From Candidatus Saccharimonadota bacterium (lineage in GTDB: Bacteria > Pseudomonadota > Gammaproteobacteria > Enterobacterales > Enterobacteriaceae), in NCBI RefSeq assembly GCF_014857065.1, contig NZ_CP046533.1, forward strand, positions 690,001-722,000: a DNA stretch of 32,000 nt. Direction: 5' to 3'. Below, piece after piece: positions 9,685-20,314 of this stretch. A model generated the notes under the pieces. It searched no databases and had not been told where the DNA came from. It was given only the letters and a program-made list of their open reading frames with translations. Both the position numbers and the translations under genes were made by a program. Within the stretch, counting starts at the first letter, position 1. The number at the start of each line of letters is the position of its first letter.

Positions 9685-11094
9685 ATGTTTATGCATCAAA
9701 ATATTGGGATTATAGGTATGGGTGTAATGGGTCGTAATTTGGCTTTTAATATTGAAAGTCATGGTTATATTGTATCTATTTTTAATAGAAGTAAAGAAAA
9801 AACTAAAGAAATAATTGTTAAAAATCCTGATAAGAAAATAATTGGTTTTTTTTCTATAAAAGATTTTATTTTTTCTTTAGAAAAACCACGTTTGATTTTT
9901 ATTATGGTTCCAGCAGGGAGTAATGTTGATCAAATAATTAATTGTTGTATTCCTTTTTTATCGCGTGGAGATATTTTGATTGATGGAGGTAATTCTTTTT
10001 ATAAGGATACTATTCGTAGATATAGTGAGTTATTAAAAAAAGATATTCAATTTATTGGTACTGGCATTTCTGGAGGTTCTGAAGGGGCTTTACGTGGACC
10101 TTCTCTTATGCCTAGTGGTAGTAGAGAAGTTTATAAAAAAGTAGAGCCATTGTTTAAAAAAATTGCAGCTTCTATTAATAATGAACCTTGTGTTAGTTAT
10201 ATAGGTCCGGATGGTTCTGGACATTATGTTAAAATGGTTCATAATGGCATTGAATATAGTGATATGCAGTTAATTGCTGAGGCATATTCTTTGCTGAAGT
10301 TAATTTTAAATTTAAGTAATGATCAGTTAGCAAATATTTTTAGTGAATGGAATTCTGGAGAACTTAATAGTTATTTAATTCAAATTACGCAATGTATTTT
10401 TACTAGAAAAATAGATAATAATGTTTATTTGATTGATTTAATTTTAGATGAAGCGACTCATAAGGAAACTGGTAAATGGAGTAGTCAAAGTGCATTAGAT
10501 TTGGGAGAGCCTTTAAGTGTTATTACTGAATCAGTTTTTGCTCGTTATTTATCATTGCTTAAACAACAGCGTATTGTAGCTTCTCGAGAACTTTCGGGAC
10601 CTGTTATTGATGTATTTGTTGGCGATAAAAATGAATTTATTGAAAACATTAGAAGAGCTCTTTATTTAGGTAAGATTATTTCTTACACTCAAGGTTTTGC
10701 GCAATTACAAACAGCATCTATTGTAAATAAATGGAATTTAAATTGTTCTGAAATTGCCAAAGTTTTTCGAGCTGGTTGTATCATTCGTGCAAATATTTTG
10801 CAAAGAATTATTGATGCTTATACTGATAATTTGGCTTTAAGTAATTTGTTGTTATCACCTTATTTTAAAGAGATAGCTTCTAGTTATCATCAATCCTTAC
10901 GCAATGTAGTTAGTTACGCAGTGATAAATGGTATATCAGTTCCCGCTTTTTCATCTGCTATAGCTTACTATGACGCTTATCGTACTGCTTTTTTACCGGT
11001 TAATCTCATTCAAGCACAGCGTGATTATTTTGGAGCTCATGGTTATAAACGTGTTGATAAGGAAGGTATATTTTATACTAACTGGATAGTTTAG
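9685..11094 (+). CDS. gnd: 6-phosphogluconate dehydrogenase, decarboxylating
   Basis: ORF 9655..11094 begins at TTG. Homology (E. coli MSKQQIGVVGMAVMGRNLALNIES) places the start at [28 protein letters not shown] 9685, 7 nt after AAGGA. High identity continues throughout ([41 protein letters not shown]). Confidence 0.96.
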   Translation: MFMHQNIGIIGMGVMGRNLAFNIESHGYIVSIFNRSKEKTKEIIVKNPDKKIIGFFSIKDFIFSLEKPRLIFIMVPAGSNVDQIINCCIPFLSRGDILIDGGNSFYKDTIRRYSELLKKDIQFIGTGISGGSEGALRGPSLMPSGSREVYKKVEPLFKKIAASINNEPCVSYIGPDGSGHYVKMVHNGIEYSDMQLIAEAYSLLKLILNLSNDQLANIFSEWNSGELNSYLIQITQCIFTRKIDNNVYLIDLILDEATHKETGKWSSQSALDLGEPLSVITESVFARYLSLLKQQRIVASRELSGPVIDVFVGDKNEFIENIRRALYLGKIISYTQGFAQLQTASIVNKWNLNCSEIAKVFRAGCIIRANILQRIIDAYTDNLALSNLLLSPYFKEIASSYHQSLRNVVSYAVINGISVPAFSSAIAYYDAYRTAFLPVNLIQAQRDYFGAHGYKRVDKEGIFYTNWIV

Positions 11095-11176
11095 GTAATA
11101 AATTTTTTAGAGTTTATAAAATGAAGAGTGAATGGCAGTTTATTTTTTATTTTCTTTGAGATGCTTTATGTTGATC

Positions 11177-11803
11177 TTAAATTAAAGGATTGTTGTTACG
11201 CATCTTCAATTTTTTAATTACTTCATTAAGATTTAATGAAGTAGCTTTTAAGAGCACTAATAAATGGTATATTAAATCCGCAGATTCATTGAGAGTTTCT
11301 TCTTTGTTTTTTGTTGCAGCAGCTAAAGCTACTTCGATGCCTTCTTCACCAACTTTTTGAGCAATATATTTTGACCCTTTGGTAAATAATCTAGCAGTAT
11401 ATGAATTTTTTAAATTTAATGATTTTCTTTCACTTAAGATTTGTTCTAATTGAAATAAGAAAGTTCCGTTACTGACGGCTGGATGAAAGCAACTGCTAGT
11501 ACCATGATGACATGTTGGTCCAGATGGTAATGCTAGTATTAACAGTGTATCCTTGTCGCAATCTTGATATAAATTTATTAATTTTAATTTATTTCCAGAT
11601 GTTTCTCCTTTGGTCCATAAACATTTTTTTTTTCGCGAAAAAAAAGTCACATACCCACTTTTCTTAGTTGTTTGTAATGCTTCTTGATTCATATATCCTA
11701 ACATTAATACTTCTCCAGACATGACATTCTGTATGATGACTGGTGTTAATTTATTGGTTTCTTGACAATTATCTTTTTGATCTTGTTCTTTTTTTATTAT
11801 CAT
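11177..11803 (-). CDS. hisI: Bifunctional phosphoribosyl-AMP cyclohydrolase / phosphoribosyl-ATP pyrophosphatase
   Basis: 208 aa. Last gene of the his operon, with a 4-nt overlap with the hisF stop. The cyclohydrolase block is WTKGETSG...D.D.L...GP.CH.G..SCF, and the C-terminal HisE helix block is EE..E...A........ESADL.YHL.VLL. Confidence 0.93.
   Translation of the reverse strand: MIIKKEQDQKDNCQETNKLTPVIIQNVMSGEVLMLGYMNQEALQTTKKSGYVTFFSRKKKCLWTKGETSGNKLKLINLYQDCDKDTLLILALPSGPTCHHGTSSCFHPAVSNGTFLFQLEQILSERKSLNLKNSYTARLFTKGSKYIAQKVGEEGIEVALAAATKNKEETLNESADLIYHLLVLLKATSLNLNEVIKKLKMRNNNPLI
11624..11645. repeat. T10-CGCG-A8 homopolymer palindrome inside hisI
   Basis: Read directly: TTTTTTTTTT (11624-11633), CGCG (11634-11637), AAAAAAAA (11638-11645). 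On the coding (minus) strand it reads ...TTT TTT TCG CGA AAA AAA AAA TGT (FFSRKKKC), i.e. an in-frame A10 run in the mRNA. Confidence 0.95.
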
Positions 11804-12573
11804 AATCTGATTTTTACTCCTTTTTGTATCAGAAATTTTTTTAGTAAATTAATATTTATGATTTTTTTATGGAAAACTGAAGCAGCTAGTACCCCATCTG
11901 CATTAGCATTTTGTAAAGCTTCTAAAAAATGTTGATAAGTTCCTGCTCCACCTGAAGCAATTAATGGAATATGGCATATCTGACGTATTTTATATAGTTG
12001 TGTTATATCATAACCATTTTGTAATCCATCTTGATTCATCATGTTCAATACAATTTCTCCAGCTCCGCGTATTTGTATTTCTTTTACCCAATTTATAGTA
12101 GACCACTCAGTAATTTTAGTAAATTTTGGATTACCGGTATAACACTTTACTTGATAGATATTTCTTTTGGCGTTATACCATGTATCAATACCGACAACAA
12201 TACATTGTTTGCCTAAGTGATCACTCAGATGGTTAATTAGATTCGGTTGTACTACAGCTTGGGAATTGATGGATATTTTGTCTGCTCCAGCTGCAAGAAT
12301 TTCTTTTGCTTCCTGTAATGTCTTAATTCCTCCAGCCACACAAAATGGTACATCAATCACTTCAGCAATTCGTGATATCCAGGTCTTATCAACTACACGT
12401 TTATCAGGAGAAGCTGTGATGTCATAAAATACTAATTCATCAGCTCCTTCTTCAACATATCTACGTGTTAGAGGAATAATATCGCCAATAATTACATGAT
12501 TTTTGAATTGTATACCTTTTACTACTTTCCCATTAATCACATCAAGACAAGGTATTATGCGTTTTGCCAACAT
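11800..12573 (-). CDS. hisF: Imidazole glycerol phosphate synthase, cyclase subunit
   Basis: [18 protein letters not shown]......GD.......Y...GADELVF.DITAS, and ASGGAG......EA....ADG.LAASVFH. Typical HisF, 257 aa. Confidence 0.96.
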   Translation of the reverse strand: MLAKRIIPCLDVINGKVVKGIQFKNHVIIGDIIPLTRRYVEEGADELVFYDITASPDKRVVDKTWISRIAEVIDVPFCVAGGIKTLQEAKEILAAGADKISINSQAVVQPNLINHLSDHLGKQCIVVGIDTWYNAKRNIYQVKCYTGNPKFTKITEWSTINWVKEIQIRGAGEIVLNMMNQDGLQNGYDITQLYKIRQICHIPLIASGGAGTYQHFLEALQNANADGVLAASVFHKKIININLLKKFLIQKGVKIRL

Positions 12574-13304
12574 TTTATTGCTTCCATAACAGTAATTTTT
12601 TTTTCTAAAAATGCACGTCCGATAATAATATTTTGAACTCCACTTTTTTTTAGATTTTTTATATCTTCTAAATTATGTATACCTCCAGAAGCTTGAAATG
12701 ATATTCTTGACCATGTTTTGCATAAATCTGTATATAAATTGATATTACTACCAGATAAAGTGCCATCTCGTGAAATATCGGTGCATAAAATATGTTTAAT
12801 GCCCATTGTATTATATTGTTCAATTATTTCTTCTAACTTAAATTTAGAGGTTTTTTGCCAACCATTTATAGCAATTAAGCGTTCTCCTCTATTGTTTATA
12901 CGAATATCTAAAGCTAGAATTAAAGTTTTAGCCCCAAAATATTTTAACCATTGTTTTACAATTTGTGGTTTTGTGATAGCTATAGAACTCAGTATAATTT
13001 TATTTGCTCCCATGTCTAATAGATTTTTGATATCTTCCAGACTTCTTATTCCTCCACCCACCTGGAATTTGATTTGTTTATTGTGTGTTAATATGTTTTT
13101 CAGTAAAAAAATTTGTCGTTTCGTAGGATTACGTGCGCCATTTAAATCAATTAAATGTATAAATTTTGCTCCTTGATTAAAATAATTTTGTAAATAGAAA
13201 ATGGGTTCTTGATCATAGTGGTATTGTTTTGTATAGCATCCTTGATTTAAACGAACTATCTTGTTTTCGATGAGATCTAAAGCTGGAATTATCATGTATT
13301 TCAT
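12555..13304 (-). CDS. hisA: 1-(5-phosphoribosyl)-5-[(5-phosphoribosylamino)methylideneamino]imidazole-4-carboxamide isomerase
   Basis: [19 protein letters not shown] compares with E. coli [22 protein letters not shown] and SGGI glycine-rich phosphate-binding motifs are present. The ATG at 13304 overlaps the hisH stop in an ATGA arrangement; an alternative ATG lies at 13295. Confidence 0.93.
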   Translation of the reverse strand: MKYMIIPALDLIENKIVRLNQGCYTKQYHYDQEPIFYLQNYFNQGAKFIHLIDLNGARNPTKRQIFLLKNILTHNKQIKFQVGGGIRSLEDIKNLLDMGANKIILSSIAITKPQIVKQWLKYFGAKTLILALDIRINNRGERLIAINGWQKTSKFKLEEIIEQYNTMGIKHILCTDISRDGTLSGSNINLYTDLCKTWSRISFQASGGIHNLEDIKNLKKSGVQNIIIGRAFLEKKITVMEAIKCWQNA

Positions 13305-13885
13305 ATCTCTAAAAAATTTTTTAATAGTTGTTTACCTATTTTACCTGATTTTTCTGGATGGAACTGTACGCCAAAAAAATTTTTATGTTTTATAACAGCA
13401 GTAAATGAATGACCATGACAGGTTGTAGCAATTGTTGAATCACATATTGGCATAGCATAACTATGTACGAAGTAAAAATAATCATCTTTAATTTTATGAA
13501 ATAAGCAATGTTGATTTTTTATTTTTATTTTGTTCCATCCTATATGAGGTATAGGTAAACCGTAATTTTCGATTTTTTTTGTGAGGGTATTTATAATACC
13601 TAATGTTTGAGTGCCATTATTTTCTTCACTACTAATCCCTAATAGTTGCATGCCAAGACAAATACCTAATATGGGTTGTTTACAGTCTTTTATTAGTTTT
13701 ATTAATTTATTTTTTGTTAATTCTTGCATTGCAGTTTTTACGCTTCCTACACCAGGTAAAAATAACTTATTTGCTTTTAAGATATCATTGGCATTTTTAC
13801 TAATAATTGCTCGATGTCCTAAATTACGTATTGCGGTACTTATCGAGAATAAATTTGAACATCCAGTATTTATAATAACATTCAT
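13301..13885 (-). CDS. hisH: Imidazole glycerol phosphate synthase, glutamine amidotransferase subunit
   Basis: 194 aa. Class I GATase nucleophile elbow GICLGMQLL, and the C-terminal FGVQFHPEKSG block. Confidence 0.95.
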   Translation of the reverse strand: MNVIINTGCSNLFSISTAIRNLGHRAIISKNANDILKANKLFLPGVGSVKTAMQELTKNKLIKLIKDCKQPILGICLGMQLLGISSEENNGTQTLGIINTLTKKIENYGLPIPHIGWNKIKIKNQHCLFHKIKDDYFYFVHSYAMPICDSTIATTCHGHSFTAVIKHKNFFGVQFHPEKSGKIGKQLLKNFLEI

Positions 13886-14964
13886 TCCAATATACCTTTA
13901 GTACTTACTATATATTCTTCTTCGCCATCTTCTATACGAATTGCTTGGTTGAGTGTGCATCCAAATGCTTTAAACAGGCCTTCTGCTATGTGATGATCAT
14001 TATTGCTTTTAGTGCTGCTTAAATGTAACGTACAACCCATACTATAAGAAAGCGAGCGAAAAAAGTGTTCTATCATCGCAATATTTAAAGATCCAATATT
14101 TAGGGAGTTATATTGTACGTCGTATTTAAAATATGGACGACCAGAAATATCTAATACGCAACTAGCTAAACATTCATCCATTGGTAAGATAAATCCGAAT
14201 CTGTTTATTCCTTTTCTGTTCCCTAGTGCCTTGTTTAATACTTTTCCAAGCACCAAGCCTGTATCTTCAATTGTATGATGATCATCTACACAAAGATCCC
14301 CTATTGCTTTGATGTTCATGCTAATTTTGGCGTGAGTTGCAATTTGTTGCAACATATGATCAAAAAACTTTATTCCAGTATCTATATGAGTATTATTTCT
14401 TTGATCTAACCATATTTGTATATTAATTTTAGTTTCATTTGAAATTCTATTTATTTCAGCCGATCTATTAAGTTTGGTTAATTTTTTACTAATCATTTTC
14501 CAATTTAGATTATTTGGATGATAGGCCAATCCTTGGATACCTAGATTTTTTGCTAAAATCATGTCTGTTTCCCTATCTCCTATTACATAACTTTTAAATT
14601 TATTTAATTGATTAGGATTCAGCCATGAAGTTATTAATGTTGTTTTTGGTTTACGACAATCACATTGTGCATTTGAATAGTGAGGGCATATTAATATTTT
14701 TTCAAATTTTATTCCTTGAGAATTAAAGATTTTCATTAAAAAATTATGTGCTTTATCAAAAGCTTTTTGAGGAAAATCAGGTGTACCTAATCCATCCTGA
14801 TTGCTGATCATTATTAATGTGAATTTGGCCTTTTGCAACTCTAAAAGAGCAGGTATTACGTATGGTTGTAATGCAATTTTTTCTATATGATCAACCTTAA
14901 AATTGTTTAATGGTTCGTAAATAAGAGTTCCATCACGATCAATAAATAGGATTTTTTTAGTCAC
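13882..14964 (-). CDS. hisB: Bifunctional histidinol-phosphatase / imidazoleglycerol-phosphate dehydratase
   Basis: 360 aa. The N-terminal HAD motif LFIDRDGTLI is followed by CPH....C.CRKPK. The C-terminal dehydratase blocks are FFDHML.QIATH, DDHHT.EDTG, MIEHFFRSLSY and NDHH..E.LFKAFG. Confidence 0.96.
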   Translation of the reverse strand: MTKKILFIDRDGTLIYEPLNNFKVDHIEKIALQPYVIPALLELQKAKFTLIMISNQDGLGTPDFPQKAFDKAHNFLMKIFNSQGIKFEKILICPHYSNAQCDCRKPKTTLITSWLNPNQLNKFKSYVIGDRETDMILAKNLGIQGLAYHPNNLNWKMISKKLTKLNRSAEINRISNETKINIQIWLDQRNNTHIDTGIKFFDHMLQQIATHAKISMNIKAIGDLCVDDHHTIEDTGLVLGKVLNKALGNRKGINRFGFILPMDECLASCVLDISGRPYFKYDVQYNSLNIGSLNIAMIEHFFRSLSYSMGCTLHLSSTKSNNDHHIAEGLFKAFGCTLNQAIRIEDGEEEYIVSTKGILE

Positions 14965-14982
14965 GAAATGTTCCTTACTTGT

Positions 14983-16053
14983 TTATGTTATTTTTAATTT
15001 TTTTAATATATCTATAATAGATTTACATTCTTGATAAGTACCTACTGTAACGCGTAAACAATCTGATAGTCCTAATTGTTTATTCTGATTTCTTAAAATT
15101 ATACCCATTTCCCATAATTTTTTAAATACTTGGTATTCTGGATATACTTTAATTAGTAAATAATTACTAATACTAGGAAATACTTTTTGTATACATGGAC
15201 ACTTTTTGAGTTGTTCGATGAGCATATTTCTATTTTCATTAAGTGTATATATTCTTTTCTGTGTTTTTGCTAATTCTTCGGGAGTTAGAGCTTGTGCAGC
15301 AATATCTGTTACTATGCTTGGTAATGGATAAGGAGTTAAAATTTTTAACAGTAACTTAATTATTTTTACATTAGCTATAGTAAAACCACATCTGATACCA
15401 GCCAAAGCAAATGCTTTTGATAAAGTACGTAAAATAATCAAATTTTGAAATTCCGGCAACCAGCTAACAAGACTTTCTTGTAAACAAAAATCAATATAAG
15501 CTTCATCCACTACTAATAGCGCACGATTATTTATCATATTCAATAATCTTCTAATATCTTTTTGATTGATGATATTTCCAGTAGGGTTATTGGGGTTACA
15601 GATATATATTAATTTGACATTTTGTAATTTTTCGTTTATTGCTGATAGATTTAGTTGCCAATTTGCAGTTAATGGAATTATGCTGCGTTTTATTCCAAAT
15701 ATTTCAGCGCAGATGCTGTACATTCCATATGTCGGCGGGCAAAAAATAATAGCGTCTTTATTCGGTTCACAAAAAACACGCATTAATAATTCAATTCCTT
15801 CATCTGCTCCACGAGATATAAGAATTTGTTTTGGTAAAACTCCTGCGTATGCAGCATAATTTTTAATTGTTTCTTCATGTTGAAAATCTGGATATCTATT
15901 TAAATTGTTAAAATTTTTAGGGCTATTAACATGCGGAGAAATAGCTGATTCATTAGCATTGAGCAAGATATTACCTTCACCTCCTATTTTCCGTGCAGAT
16001 TGATATGGTTTCAGTTTTAGTACATTTATTCTAGCTAAATTATTAATATCCAT
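14983..16053 (-). CDS. hisC: Histidinol-phosphate aminotransferase
   Basis: 356 aa. LKPYQSAR, LNANE, NRYPD, SRGADEGIELL.R.FCEP, NPNNPTG, and the PLP-lysine context RTLSKAFALAG.RCGF. Confidence 0.95.
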   Translation of the reverse strand: MDINNLARINVLKLKPYQSARKIGGEGNILLNANESAISPHVNSPKNFNNLNRYPDFQHEETIKNYAAYAGVLPKQILISRGADEGIELLMRVFCEPNKDAIIFCPPTYGMYSICAEIFGIKRSIIPLTANWQLNLSAINEKLQNVKLIYICNPNNPTGNIINQKDIRRLLNMINNRALLVVDEAYIDFCLQESLVSWLPEFQNLIILRTLSKAFALAGIRCGFTIANVKIIKLLLKILTPYPLPSIVTDIAAQALTPEELAKTQKRIYTLNENRNMLIEQLKKCPCIQKVFPSISNYLLIKVYPEYQVFKKLWEMGIILRNQNKQLGLSDCLRVTVGTYQECKSIIDILKKLKIT

Positions 16054-17365
16054 GTTCTTGTTCTGAAATAGTAGTCCGTAATGTTACGGAACGTTTATGT
16101 GCGATTAATTTTTCGGATTGTGCTAAAATTTTAATTGTAGGAGCTAATTTTAATAATCCTTCTTTGCTTAATTGTTGTACTGTTATTCTTTTTTGAAAAT
16201 CGGTTAAATTTAGACCTGATTTAGTAGTGGTGCAACCATAAGTAGGTAATATATGATTAGTACCTGATGCGTAATCACCAGCTGATTCCGGCGACCAGTC
16301 GCCGAGAAATATTGAACCAGCATTTGTAATATCATGCATTAAAGATCTTGGATATCTTGTTTGAATAATCAAGTGTTCTGGAGCATAGTTATTACTTATA
16401 GCTACACATTCTTTTAAATTTTTGGTGATTATTAATGAGCTATTTGATAATGATTGCCTAATAATTTTGTATCTGGGAAGTGATAATATTTGTTGTTCAA
16501 TTTCTTTTTTTACTTTTTCGACTTGGTCAAGACTAGGCGTTAATAGAATTACTTGTGAATCTTGACTATGTTCTGCTTGGGATAATAAATCGGAAGCAAT
16601 AAATTTTGGATTGGCGGTTTGATCCGCAATTATTAAAAGTTCTGAAGGACCTGCTAACATATCTATTGATATTCCATGTATTTCTTGACTAATTTGTTTT
16701 TTGGCTTCAGTTACCCAAACATTACCTGGACCAAATATCTTATTGACTTTTTTTATGGATTCAGTGCCAAACCCCATTGCAGCAATTGCTTGTGCTCCTC
16801 CTACTTGATATATTTCTTGTACGTTACATATGTATGCAGCATATAAAATTTCGTTAGCTATAGGTGGGGGTGAACACATAATAATATGTTTACATCCAGA
16901 AATTAACGCTGGTATCGCTAACATTAAGACAGTTGAGACTAATGGCGTTTCTTTTCCGCCGGGAATATAGAATCCTACTGAATTTAATGGGCGTACTATT
17001 TGTTGACATAACACACCTGGTGTTGTTGTAACACTTATCTTCGGTAATTTTTGTGCTTCATGAAAAATAGTGATGTTTTTTTTTGCTGTATTTATTGCTT
17101 GTTTAGTATTGTCCAATAATTTGTTTCGTGCTTGGTATATTGTAGCAGGAGTAATGCGAAATTGTTTTATGTTAATATTATCAAATTGTAAAGTTAGTGA
17201 TCTGAGTGCATGATCTCCATTTGATTGTACTTGTTTTAATATATCATGTACAGTTGTAGTTACAAATTGCGATTTGGTTATAGATGGTCTAGTCAGTATT
17301 GTTGCTTTTTCTTCGTCAGAACATTTATGCCAAAATATTACTGCAGGATATTTATTAGATTTCAT
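16043..17365 (-). CDS. hisD: Histidinol dehydrogenase
   Basis: 440 aa. GGAQAIAA..FGTES..KV.KIFGPGN..VTEAK, DLLSQAEH..DSQVILLT and GDWSPESAGDYASGTNH.LPTYG. It overlaps hisC by 11 nt. Confidence 0.96.
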   Translation of the reverse strand: MKSNKYPAVIFWHKCSDEEKATILTRPSITKSQFVTTTVHDILKQVQSNGDHALRSLTLQFDNINIKQFRITPATIYQARNKLLDNTKQAINTAKKNITIFHEAQKLPKISVTTTPGVLCQQIVRPLNSVGFYIPGGKETPLVSTVLMLAIPALISGCKHIIMCSPPPIANEILYAAYICNVQEIYQVGGAQAIAAMGFGTESIKKVNKIFGPGNVWVTEAKKQISQEIHGISIDMLAGPSELLIIADQTANPKFIASDLLSQAEHSQDSQVILLTPSLDQVEKVKKEIEQQILSLPRYKIIRQSLSNSSLIITKNLKECVAISNNYAPEHLIIQTRYPRSLMHDITNAGSIFLGDWSPESAGDYASGTNHILPTYGCTTTKSGLNLTDFQKRITVQQLSKEGLLKLAPTIKILAQSEKLIAHKRSVTLRTTISEQEHGY

Positions 17366-17369
17366 ATAA

Positions 17370-18269
17370 TTATTCCATCATTTTTTCTATTGGTAACACC
17401 AGTATTGAACTTGCACCGAGTTTTTTCAACTTTTCCATTGTTTCCCAAAATAAATTTTCATTACTTACCATATATATTGCCACTCGATGTTGATTTCCTG
17501 CTAGAGGCAATACTGTAGGACTTTCTGCTCCAGGTAGTAGATTAATAATTTCTTCTAACTTTTCAGTGGGTGCATGTAACATTATGTATTTTGATTCTCT
17601 AGCTTGAATTACTCCTTGAATGCGAATCATTAATTTGTTTATTAAAGATTGTTTGTTTGTTGATAGTTTTCCATCTCTTTGTATGAGGCATGCTTTGGAA
17701 CGATAAATTACTTCTACTTCACGTAATCCGTTAGCTTCTAACGTTGCCCCGGTAGATACCAAATCGCAAATAGCATCAGCTAATCCAGCTCGTGGCGCTA
17801 CTTCTACAGAACCATTTAACAAACATGATTTAAAATTAATGTTTAATTTATCTAGGTATTGTTTAAGTAGATTGGGGTATGATGTCGCTATACGTTTATC
17901 TCGTAAAGAATTAGGTCCGTTCCATGGTTCATCTATTGGTACAGCCATAGATAATCTGCAATCTCCAAAATCCAGCCTACGTAACGTAAAATAATGTGGA
18001 TTATTACCTTGAGATCGTCTAGTGAGTAATTCTTCTTCTAAAACGTTTTCTCCTATAATACCTAAATCTACTACTCCGTCCATTATTAAACCTGGAATAT
18101 CATCGTCTCTTACTCTCATGATATCAATCGTCATATTTTCTGCAAAAGCTAACAATCGTTGTTGTTGTAAATTGATTTTTATTCCGCATTGTTCTAAAAG
18201 TTGTTGTGATTCTTTGCTTAATCTTCCAGATTTTTGCATTGCGATACGCAATCGTGATCTATTTGACAT
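17370..18269 (-). CDS. hisG: ATP phosphoribosyltransferase, long form
   Basis: 299 aa. [30 protein letters not shown] and [14 protein letters not shown], plus the C-terminal regulatory domain. AAGGAA lies upstream of the ATG. First gene of the operon. Confidence 0.96.
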   Translation of the reverse strand: MSNRSRLRIAMQKSGRLSKESQQLLEQCGIKINLQQQRLLAFAENMTIDIMRVRDDDIPGLIMDGVVDLGIIGENVLEEELLTRRSQGNNPHYFTLRRLDFGDCRLSMAVPIDEPWNGPNSLRDKRIATSYPNLLKQYLDKLNINFKSCLLNGSVEVAPRAGLADAICDLVSTGATLEANGLREVEVIYRSKACLIQRDGKLSTNKQSLINKLMIRIQGVIQARESKYIMLHAPTEKLEEIINLLPGAESPTVLPLAGNQHRVAIYMVSNENLFWETMEKLKKLGASSILVLPIEKMME

Positions 18270-18586
18270 GATATTTCCTTATTAATTTACATATCACAAT
18301 AATTTTATCTTACAAGGACGATTTATTTTATATGAGCTAGTTTACTAAATTATGAAGCATTATTAAAGTTAAAATTTGTAGTATTTAGAATAAAATTTAA
18401 GTATATAATCGTATTTTTATTTTTTACTGTTTATGTCCAATAGTTTATGTTAGTAAGTTATATGTTTTAAAATTAGTAATCTTGTTTGGATGTAATGCTT
18501 TCTAAAAATTTGTTTCAAATTTTAATTGTATATTTGTATAAAATTTTATTTAAAAATTAAATTAAAGTAATGCTTATTTTAATATT

Positions 18587-20062
18587 TTAATCAATTATAT
18601 TTGAATATTTTTTATTTGTTGTGAGTTTAGTAAAATTTTCTAAATGTTTGAGCAATGAATATAGGAGCTGTGTCTTGGTTTTATTTTTTTTATGTATAGA
18701 GATGAGTAGCTTTAGTTTATAATCGTAATGCGATAGATAAGATTTGTTGAATGTTTTTTTTATATATTCTCCCCAATATTTTTGTTCGTAATCATTTAGT
18801 GTATTTGGAAAATTACGCGCCCTATAATAGAATAGTAGAGGTTTTAAACGCTCATCAATAAAATCAATTTTTAGTTTTGGCAATATTTCTGGAGAACTGC
18901 AACGAATTTTATTCATGGCTTTAAGATCAGGTGTTGTAAAAAAATTGTTGTAAAGTTTTGTATCTACATGTTTTGATGAGTAAGATGGAGTATGATATTT
19001 AATATCAGAGTAAATTGATGTGATTTTTTTGTTTATATTTTTACGATTTTTTTTTAAGTATATTAATTTACTATATTGTGTATTAATGTCTAATTCTAAT
19101 CTGTTAATATCTTGCGGGCGTAATGTATTTATGGGCGCTAGTATGGGACATCTATTAATATGTACCAAATTGATAGATTCGTTGTTTTTTTCTAAATTTT
19201 TCTCAGTTAAAAATAATTGTTCTTTCAATGTATTTATATCATTATCTAGTATCGTTTCTATATTATTGTTAATATCGCAGGTTATTAATATATTTGGATT
19301 ATTGGGATGCCACATTATTGGTGCTACACAGGTTATGTTTTTTTTATTAGCGTTATAAAATTTGTTAGAGACATATATTAACGGCTTCATCTTTGTTTTT
19401 TTGATTAATTTTCTTATTTGTTGTTTTGTATGATATTTATGAAGGTAATTAAATAATTTTGGTTGCATTTTTAGCACTAATTTTGCCAGCTCTAAAGTAG
19501 CATTAACATCATGTATAGCATCGTGATTATTAGTATGATTGATGTCATTGTGTTTGGTTAAATCTTTCAATTTAAAACTAGGTATTCCTTTTTTATTAAT
19601 AGGCCAATTTATACCTTCTGGACGCAAAGTGTAGCATGCATGCATTACATTTAGTAAATCCCATCTTGAATTGCCACATTTCCAACTCCAACTATAAGGG
19701 TCAAAAAAATTTCTGTAAAAAATATTGCGACTGACTTCATCGTCGAATTTGATATTATTATAACCAAATATGCAAGTATTTGATTTACTAAATATTTGAT
19801 GGATATATTTAGCGAATTTAGCTTCTGTAATTCCTTTTTTTAATGCTTGTTGAGGTGTAATCCCATGGATAAGTACAGCTTCTGGTTCTGGTAGATAGTC
19901 ATCACTAGGACGGCAAAAAAATGTTATAGGTTTTTCTGTTGGTATAAGATCTTTATTCGTTCTAATTCCTGCAAATTGAACTGGTTTATCTAATGCTGGG
20001 TTTTTACCAAAAGTTTCGTAATCATATATAAAAAAGTTTTTTTGTTTAAAAAATTTGTTCAT
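18587..20062 (-). CDS. sbcB: Exodeoxyribonuclease I
   Basis: 491 aa. F.YDYETFG..PALD.P.QFA.IRT, GYNN..FDDEV.RNIFYRNF.DPY.WSW...NSRWDL..VM.ACY.LRPEGINWP and YRARNFP.TL match E. coli ExoI along its whole length. The C-terminal part is Lys/Asn-rich, as expected for an AT-rich genome. Confidence 0.94.
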   Translation of the reverse strand: MNKFFKQKNFFIYDYETFGKNPALDKPVQFAGIRTNKDLIPTEKPITFFCRPSDDYLPEPEAVLIHGITPQQALKKGITEAKFAKYIHQIFSKSNTCIFGYNNIKFDDEVSRNIFYRNFFDPYSWSWKCGNSRWDLLNVMHACYTLRPEGINWPINKKGIPSFKLKDLTKHNDINHTNNHDAIHDVNATLELAKLVLKMQPKLFNYLHKYHTKQQIRKLIKKTKMKPLIYVSNKFYNANKKNITCVAPIMWHPNNPNILITCDINNNIETILDNDINTLKEQLFLTEKNLEKNNESINLVHINRCPILAPINTLRPQDINRLELDINTQYSKLIYLKKNRKNINKKITSIYSDIKYHTPSYSSKHVDTKLYNNFFTTPDLKAMNKIRCSSPEILPKLKIDFIDERLKPLLFYYRARNFPNTLNDYEQKYWGEYIKKTFNKSYLSHYDYKLKLLISIHKKNKTKTQLLYSLLKHLENFTKLTTNKKYSNIID

Positions 20063-20314
20063 ATTTAATTTATGGGACGACTGCTAATTAACCTTAATGA
20101 TTTTGGGATAAACTTACGATAACATATTCGTATAAGATGTATTAATGAATATCCAGTTTATGAATAGTTTAATATAATTATTTATACATTCATATAAATA
20201 GTACAGTTTTTGTATTATAACGTTATGTAATTTTCTTTATTTTAATAAATTTTATTTTCTTATTGTGATATATTATGTCTTAATGTAATTTAATTAATTA
20301 AAGGTAATTAGTTC

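Noticed and set aside
12031-13901. ORFs 12031..12216, 12718..13176 (152 aa) and 13611..13901 on the + strand, across hisF, hisA and hisH.
   Set aside because: All are antisense to well-conserved his genes. The products are Phe/Ile/Leu-rich nonsense generated by reading Lys/Asn/Glu-rich codons backwards. They have no start context.
15566-18285. ORFs 15566..15859, 17246..17518 and 18022..18285 on the + strand, across hisC, hisD and hisG.
   Set aside because: The same reasoning applies: these are antisense shadow ORFs inside conserved CDSs.
18270-18586. Search for a hisL-like leader ORF and attenuator upstream of hisG.
   Set aside because: There is no cluster of His codons on the coding strand and no alternative GC-containing hairpins. 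I report this as an absence in the findings rather than as a feature.
19020-19358. 112-aa + strand ORF inside sbcB; also 24714..24914 (-) inside murJ and 28456..28677 (-) inside aspS.
   Set aside because: All are antisense to conserved genes, low in complexity, and without motifs.
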